From NCBI GenBank assembly GCA_964016885.1, contig OZ024765.1, positions 11,842,001 to 11,906,000 of the forward strand: 64,000 nucleotides of DNA, given 5' to 3'. The stretch is from Eledone cirrhosa. Taxonomy: Eukaryota. The notes below the pieces were generated by a model. It had not been told where the DNA came from, searched no databases, and saw nothing but the letters and a program-made list of their open reading frames with translations. Positions within the stretch are counted from its first letter, which is position 1. The number at the start of each line of letters is the position of its first letter. A program made the position numbers and the translations under genes. This document shows, one piece after another, positions 55,155-64,000 of the stretch.

Positions 55155-55249
55155 ATATATATATAAGTATATATATAAACCCATAAAACAAATATTTATT
55201 AATCTGTACTAATAATAAATATACATACATATATATATATATGTATATA

Positions 55250-55326
55250 CAGGGTGGAGCAGAAAAACCTTCCATATTTTACAAATTCAACACTTAAAAT
55301 GTGGGAGGTATTTTTACCACAACTTG
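55250..55326. mobile_element. Tiny Tc1/mariner-like MITE, degenerate
   Basis: TA-cagggtgg...aaaaaccttccatatttt / aaaatgtgggaggtattttt...acaacttg-TA. Confidence 0.45.
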
Positions 55327-55755
55327 TATGAGAGAGAGCTAGAGAGAGAGAGAGAAGGAGGGCAGGTGTTGTTTCCAAACGTTCCCAAAAGATGTGATCG
55401 GATCACATGCAATCACATTGGATCACATCGGATGAGATGAGAAGAAATCAAAATCAAATCAAATCAATAACTCTCGTTTTTCTATTTTCATATTGAAATC
55501 GATAATGAATTCAGATTAGGTAGATGGGAGGGTGACGGAAGGAGTTGGGGGCTATTGGGTAAACAGAAGATTGGGTGAGCAGGTAGATAGGGGTAAAGTG
55601 AAGATACAGAGCTGTAGGAAGGTATGTGATACACGTTAGAGGGGTGAAAGGGGTGAAATTGGGTAGGGAACTGTTTTAAGCAAAAAACAATTTGCAAATA
55701 AAATTTACAAATAAAATTTTGTTTAAAATAATTCAGTGTATAAATATACACACAC

Positions 55756-55896
<141 letters not shown>

Positions 55897-56010
55897 CATA
55901 TATATATGTACATATATATATATATATATATAAAATATATATATGTACATATATATATATATACATATATATATGTACATATATATATATATATATATAA
56001 AATATATATA

Positions 56011-56079
<69 letters not shown>

Positions 56080-56191
56080 GTACATATATGTACATATATA
56101 TATATATATACATATATATGTATATATACACACACATATATTTATATATACATATATACGTATATATACATACACATATATATATACACAC

Positions 56192-56243
<52 letters not shown>

Positions 56244-56344
56244 TTACACACAAATATATATATATATATTTACACACACACACACACATATATATATATA
56301 CACATATATGTACATATATTTATATATATATATATATATATATA

Positions 56345-56444
56345 CAGGGGGTCCCAAAAAATGTATACACATTTTGATCACCTGTAGAAGCAATATAAAT
56401 TAGAATGCTGTTGAAGTGTGTATACATTTTTTGGGGACACCCTA
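56345..56444. mobile_element. 100-bp Tc1/mariner-like MITE in (TA)n
   Basis: TIRs cagggggtcccaaaaaatgtatacaca / tgtgtatacattttttggggacacccta, TA-flanked. Confidence 0.75.
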
Positions 56445-57279
56445 TATATATATATATATATATCACGACATAATAAACTCCCTGTTTGCAACTAGTTCAT
56501 TTTGTTTAGTTTTTATCTAAATTATTATTGTTTTTGCTGTTTATATTGGAGGGAGGAGGGGGGAGCAGCGGGGGGGGGGGGGGTCTGAAGCAAAAATGGT
56601 TTCACTGGAATAAACGTGCAACAGATTGAATTAATAGGATATGTGGTGGTGGTGGTTGTGGTGATGATGGTAGTGGTGATAGTGGCGGCGCTGGTGGTGG
56701 TGGTGGTGATGGTGGTTGTGGTGGTGGTGGTGGTAGTGGTGGTGGCAGTGGTTTTGGCGGTGGGGGTAGGGGTGGGGGTGATGGTGGGGGTTGTGGTTGT
56801 GGTGATGATGGTAGTGGTGATAGTGGCGGCGCTGGTGGTGGTGGTGGTGGTAGTGCTGGTGGTGGTGATGGTGGTTGTGATGATGGTGATAGTAGGGTTG
56901 GTGGTGGTGGTGGTGGTTGTAGCGGTGGTGTGGTGGTGGTAGTGGTGATGATAGTGGTGGTGATGGTAGTAGTAGTGATGGTGGTAGTAGTAGTACTAGC
57001 AGTAGTAGCAGCAGTAGTAATAGTAGTAGTAGTAGTAGTAGTAGTAGTAGGAGCAGCAGCAGCAGTAGTAGTAGTAGTAGTAGTGGAAGTTGTATATACA
57101 ACAAAAAATTCCAAGAAAAATGGGAGACTATATAAACAGCATCATATTGTGTCACAATGAAACCAGAACCCCCACCACTACCAGAAGTCTCAATCCCCCC
57201 CCCCCCCCCCAATATATATATATGATTGATATGTGTATATATATATATGTGTGTGTGTATATCTATATATACATATATC

Positions 57280-57446
57280 ACACTGTAAACGTGGTTGGTG
57301 TTAGGAAGGGCATCCAGCCGTAGAAAACCCGCCAGACAGTCCTATGCAAGCAAGTCAACCACTCTTGCCTCAAGTGGGAAAACTCCCGTCCAAACCCATG
57401 CAAGCGTGGAAGATGGACGTTAAACAATGATGATGATGATGATGAT
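57280..57446 (+). mobile_element. RTE-tailed SINE 3' fragment
   Basis: cactgtaaacgtggttggtgttaggaagggcatcc...ggacgttaaac..(gat)n. Confidence 0.75.
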
Positions 57447-57497
57447 ATGATATATATATATATGATATATATATATATATGATATATATATATATAT

Positions 57498-57531
<34 letters not shown>

Positions 57532-57542
57532 ATATATATATG

Positions 57543-57617
<75 letters not shown>

Positions 57618-57748
57618 TATATATATGATATATATATATATATATATATATATGATATATATATATATGATATATATATATATATATCATATATATATAT
57701 ATATCATATATATATATATATATCATATATATATATCATATATATATA

Positions 57749-57783
<35 letters not shown>

Positions 57784-57968
57784 AGATATATATATATGAT
57801 ATAGATATATATATGATATATATATATCATATATATATATATGATATATATATATATGATATATATATATATATGATAGATATATATATATGATATAGAT
57901 ATATATATGATATATATATATCATATATATATATATGATATATATATATATGATATATATATATATAT

Positions 57969-58004
<36 letters not shown>

Positions 58005-58161
58005 ATATATATATATATGATATATATATATATATATATGATATATATATATATATATATCATATATATATATATATATCATATATATATACATATATCA
58101 TATATATATATATATGATATATATATATATATGATATATATATATATATGATATATATATA

Positions 58162-58227
<66 letters not shown>

Positions 58228-58570
58228 TATATATATATAAGATCAAAAGATGGTTAAAAGAGTTCCATGTATTTTATTATGCGCATTTCAAAAACAAATA
58301 TCATCATGCAATAACATTTGTGTTTTCATCAGATAAAATAGGAAGACATGATATGAAGGTTAAAGAACACTTGTGAATACACACGCATTTGTACATACAT
58401 ACATACGTACATTTGTGAGTGTATATACATACATATACACACACCTAACTATATTTCCTTATATTTTTTTTATATATTTTATATGTCTATTGCATTACTT
58501 TTATTTATATATATATTTTTTTTTTGGCATTTCTTGAGGAGACTTTCCAAATATTTCACTATGTTTTATA

Positions 58571-58646
58571 TTGCCTCGTCCGACGAACGAATGAGGACGT
58601 TTCTTTCGTATTCGTCTTATTCGGGAAACCTCTGGTAATGAGGTAA
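58571..58646 (+). ncRNA. Type I hammerhead candidate (family H4)
   Basis: ttgcctcgt-CCGACGA-a-cgaatgaggacg-[13 nt]-cgtcttattcg-g-GAAA-cc-tct-gg-TA-atgaggtaa; 9-bp stem I with G-U pairs, GUA triplet. Confidence 0.6.
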
Positions 58647-58747
58647 TTATATTGTATTGTTTATTATACATTAAATTTTGCTCTGGTACTTACATAGAGC
58701 ACTCTTCACTCCTATGACTTCTTCAATTTTCAATGGAAACTTCAATA

Positions 58748-58807
<60 letters not shown>

Positions 58808-58972
58808 ACCGATGGAATACCAATGAAGGTTGGAAAATCACTGATGAAGGACTATTTTTATCATATGTAACCCATGTGCAACCACGCAGTATTCGATTCT
58901 TCTCATGTTTTTTATATATATGATATGTATATATATATATATATGATATATAGGATACGTATGTATATATAA

Positions 58973-59024
<52 letters not shown>

Positions 59025-59152
59025 CGTATTTATATATGATATATATATATTTACAAACATTCACAAAACACTTGGCATATTCCCATGAAATATAACATCA
59101 TGGATATATATATACATATATATATATACATATACGTATATATATATATACA

Positions 59153-59183
<31 letters not shown>

Positions 59184-59763
59184 GTGTGTATATATATACA
59201 CACACTCGCACACATATATATATGTATATAATATATGTTATATTTATGTGTATATATATATATATGTATATATTTCCAATGATTGAAAGAAATATGACAA
59301 AGTATGATCCTTCCTTACCCCCCCCCCCTCCCCCCCCCCCCCCTCATTCCATCCTTCTATATATCATTCTTTCTTTCTTTCTTTCCTTCTTAATTCTACA
59401 TTCAAACATTTTTTTTTTCTATTAATTTGCAAACTTTTTTTTTTTTAACTTTGGGAATTTTTTTTTAAACCGGAAAATTATGTTTATTATAAATTTCCTC
59501 CTCCTCCTGCTCCTCCACCTCCACCTCCTGCTCCCCCACTTCCACCACCTCCCCTCCACCACCTCCTCTCCCTCACATGCAGGTATCAAATATTGCAGCA
59601 CAACAATACCAACAACCGCCAACCCACCCCCACCAACAACAACAACAATAACAACAACAACAGCAACAATAACAACAATACCAACAACAACAACACTAAA
59701 AATACCAACCACTACAACAACAACAACAACAGGAACAACAACTACAACAACAACCGCCCACCC

Positions 59764-59801
<38 letters not shown>

Positions 59802-60637
59802 ATACTGTTGTGATTGTTGTTGTTGCTTTTGGTACTGTTGATATTGTTGTTGTACTTTAGTGTTGTTGATGTTGATATTGTTGTTGATGTTGTTGTACTT
59901 TAGTGATGTTGATGTTGTACTTTAGTGTTGTTGATGTTGTTGTTGTTGTACTTTAGTGTTGTTGTTGTTGTACTTTAGTGTTGTTGATGTTACTGTTGTT
60001 GTTGTTGTACTTTAGTTTCCAGTGTTGTTGTTGCTGTTGTTTGTATTGCTGTTATTAGATATCACATATCACATTTGTGATGTTTTTTTTATTGATGTTG
60101 ATGTTACTGTTGTTGTTGTTGTTGTTGTTGTTGCTGTTGTTGTTATTGCTGCTGTTGCAGTTATTGCTGCTGCTGTTGTTGTTGTTATTGCTGCTGTTGT
60201 TGTTATTGCTGTTGTTTTTGTTATTGCTGCTGTTGTTGTTGTTGTTGTTATTGCTACTGTTGTTGTTGTTATTGATGCTGTTGTTATTGTTGGAAAAGCC
60301 CTACTTTTCTAATGGACAGCTAAAAAAATCAATGACAAAGCCACCACCACCTTCAACACCATCACTACCACCACAACCACTACCAACACTACCAACACCA
60401 CTACCAACACCACCACCAACACCAACATCAACACCACTACCACCATGATCAACACCAACACCACCACCACTATCACCACCACCACCACTATCACCACCAC
60501 AACTATCCCCACCACCACCACCATCACCATCACCACTACCAAAAGACAAGCCACCATTTATCAATGAAACCCAGAGGAGAATTTTGACATGGAGACAAAA
60601 GGAATTATAATGCTTAATATTCTATTTTAGATATTTC

Positions 60638-61025
60638 TGGTGTGGTGTAGTGTGGTGTGGTGTAGTGTAGTGTGATGTGATGCAGTGTGGTGAAGTGTGG
60701 TGTGGTGTGGTGTGGTGTGGTGTGGTGTAGTGTGGTGTGGTATGGTGTGGTGTAGTGTAGTGTAGTGTGGTGTAGTGTGGTGTAGTGTGGTGTAGTGTGG
60801 TGTAGTGTGGTGTGGTGTAGTGTGGTTTGGTGTGGTGTAGTGTGGTGTAGTGTGGTGTAGTGTGGTGTGGTATGGTGTGGTGTGGTATGGTGTGGCGTAG
60901 TGTAGTGTGGTGTAGTGTGGTGTAGTGTGGTGTAGTGTGGTGTGGTGTGGTATGGTGTGGTGTAGTGTGGTGTGATGCAGTGTGGTGTAGTGTGGTGTGA
61001 TGCAGTGTGGTGTAGTGTGGTGTAG
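60638..61025. repeat. (GTGTG/GTGTA)n pentanucleotide tract
   Basis: Direct reading. Confidence 0.95.
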
Positions 61026-61028
61026 AGT

Positions 61029-61410
61029 GGCATCCGACCCTCTACCGATACTGCCAACCCACCGCCAGATGAATTGGCAGTATCGGTAAGGGTCGGACGC
61101 CATGCTTTGATACATAGAGTTATGGCCCTTGCCATTCTGAGTTCAAATCCCGCCGAGGTTAACTTTGCCTCTCATCCTTACGGGAGGTCAATAAAATAAA
61201 GTACCAGTAATACACTGGATTAATCACTGACCTTGTGCCATTAGTAGAAACAATTATAAAAAAATAATTGTTTCTACTTTAGGCACAAGGCCAGCAATTA
61301 CCCAGTGCATTACTGGTACTTTATTTTATCGACCCCGTAAGGATGAAAGGCAAAGTTAACCTCGGCGGGATTTGAACTCAGATCGTAAAGGGACGTAACT
61401 CTGCTGGAAA
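61029..61410. mobile_element. Three SINE-A pieces in alternating orientation (minus head, plus full, minus 3' part)
   Basis: 61029-61066 inverted head, 61072-61255 plus strand, 61266-61410 minus strand. Confidence 0.85.
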
Positions 61411-61797
61411 AAAAATAATAATATTAATAAATGCCACAAAATATTTTGTCTGACACTCTGCCAATTCCAAGAACACCCCCACCCAATCCCATTCTTTCTT
61501 CTTTCTTATTTTGAAGGGTTGGTGGTTCTTTTAACAAAATTACCAGACTATTTTTAACTGTTTTCTTATTATTAATCTAATTATTTGTAAAATAAAAACG
61601 TTTATTTTTGTTTTTATTCGTGTAATGTGTTTCGGTGTTGAAGATGAAAGCAGACAGTGTTAAAAGGTGTAAAAGATAGAGAAATATTGTAATATTAAAA
61701 ACAAATACAAGCATTAAAATATTTCTGAAGGAATATTTACGATGTCAAAACATCATTTTAGTGTTGTTTTATATATGTATATATATACATATATATA

Positions 61798-61830
<33 letters not shown>

Positions 61831-61851
61831 GTGTATATATATATATATATA

Positions 61852-62009
<158 letters not shown>

Positions 62010-62080
62010 CATATATATATATACATATATATACATATATATATATATACATATATATATATACATATATATACATATAC

Positions 62081-62135
<55 letters not shown>

Positions 62136-62233
62136 CATATATACACACATATATATATATATACATATATACATTTATATATACATATATACATTTATAT
62201 ATACATATATATATATATATATACATATACATT

Positions 62234-62277
<44 letters not shown>

Positions 62278-62939
62278 TTTATATATACATATACATATAT
62301 ACATTTATAGATACATATACATATATACATTTATAGATACATATACATATATACATTTATAGATACATATACATATATACATTTATATATACATATACAT
62401 ATATATACATATATATGTATACATATATATATACATTTATATATACATATATATACATACATATATATACATATATATATATACATTTATATATACATTT
62501 ATATATACATATATATATACATTTATATACACATATATATGAACATATATACATATATATACATATATATATGCATATATACATACACATATATATGCAT
62601 ATATACATACATATATATACATACATATGTACACATACATATACATATATATATACACATACATAAATATATATATATATATATACACACATATATACAC
62701 ACACTAATTTTTATTATATTTTGTTTTAGTAAATTCCAAGATAATGGTCCTTTACCATTCAGTATTTACTATTTAACCAGACACTAGAAATCAATATGTC
62801 AGTATCGGTCGAAAGTTGAAGTTGATTAGATAGAAGAAACTTGCAAGATTTCTGAGAGGCTTTTTCAATATTTAGTTTTGTTTCCGAACAGGTGGTAAAT
62901 AGGCTGAGTGATTAAAGTGTACACTGATATATACTAATG

Positions 62940-64000
62940 TGTGTATTTGGTTTACAATAAGTACATTGTTTCCCTGCGTATTTGGTGTACAATAGGTACA
63001 CTGTACCCCTGTGTATATCTGGTTTACAATAGGTACACTGTAACCGTGTGTGTATCTTGTTTACAATAGGTACACTGTATCCCTGTGTATATTTGGTTTA
63101 CAATAAGTACATTGTTTCCCTGCGTATTTGGTTTACAATAGGTACACTGTATCCCTGTGTGTATCTGGTTTACAATAGGTACACTGTAACCGTGTGTGTA
63201 TCTGGTTTACAATAGGTACACTGTAACCGTATGTATATCTGGTTTACAATAGGTACACTGTATCCCTGTGTATATCTAGTTTACAATAGGTACACTGTAT
63301 CCCTGTGTATATCTGGTTTACAATAGGTACACTGTATCCCTGTGTATATCTGGTGTACAATAGGTACACTGTATCCCTGTGTATATCTAGTTTACAATAG
63401 GTACACTGTATCCCTGTGTATATCTGGTTTACAATAGGTACACTGTATCCCTGTGTATATCTGGTGTACAGTAGGTACACTGTATCCCTGTGTATATCTG
63501 GTGTACAATAGGTACACTGTATCCCTGTGTATATCTAGTTTACAATAGGTGCACTGTATCCCTGTGTATATCTGGTGTACAATAGGTACACTGTATCCCT
63601 GTGTGTATCTAGTTTACAATAGCTACACTGTATCCCTGTGTATATCTGGTTTACAATAGGTACACTGTATCCCTGTGTATACCTGGTTTACAATAGGTAC
63701 ACTGTATCCCTGTGTATATCTAGTTTACAATAGCTACACTGTATCCCTGTGTATATCTGGTGTACAATAGGTACACTGTATCCCTGTGTATATCTAGTTT
63801 ACAATAGGTACACTGTATCCCTGTGTATATCTGGTTTACAATAGGTACACTGTAACCGTGTGTATATCTGGTTTACAATAGGTACACTGTATCCCTGTGT
63901 GTATCTGGTTTACAATAGGTACACTGTATCCCTGTGTATATCTGGTTTACAATAGGTACACTGTATCCCTGTGTATATCTGGTTTACAATAGGTACACTG
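62940..64000. repeat. 37-bp satellite running off the window end
   Basis: ggtttacaataggtacactgtatccctgtgtatatct, about 28 copies. Confidence 0.95.

Noticed and set aside
58841-58900. CTGATGA motif here, and CTGAGGA at ~47250 and CTGAAGA at ~17813
   Set aside because: No closing stem II plus GAAA downstream, so the hammerhead fold cannot be completed.

Overview
This is AT-rich eukaryotic genomic DNA made almost entirely of repeats. The SINE families and microsatellite load look like an octopus or other coleoid cephalopod (inference, no database search run). I found no intact protein-coding gene, rRNA or CRISPR array, and nearly all ORFs in the track are microsatellite or satellite artefacts. 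The window holds about 25 copies of a tRNA-headed SINE (family A, some with 16-20 bp TSDs), several near-identical CORE-type SINEs with RTE-like (GAT)n tails (family B), LINE relics (R4/Dong-like REL endonuclease, RTE, CR1/L2-like), piggyBac-, Tc1/mariner- and pogo-like MITEs, and many tandem arrays, four of them derived from TE fragments. The most interesting signal is that many short islands inside (TA)n tracts, from several unrelated families, carry type I hammerhead ribozyme folds (best: 11691-11737, 7132-7196, 25703-25767, 12444-12488 on the minus strand, 44319-44365 on the minus strand, 58571-58646). Several other copies are fold-back palindromes centred on or next to hammerhead stem II. 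This points to Penelope-like or retrozyme-like, TA-associated retroelements. All folds were paired by eye and need computational and biochemical confirmation.
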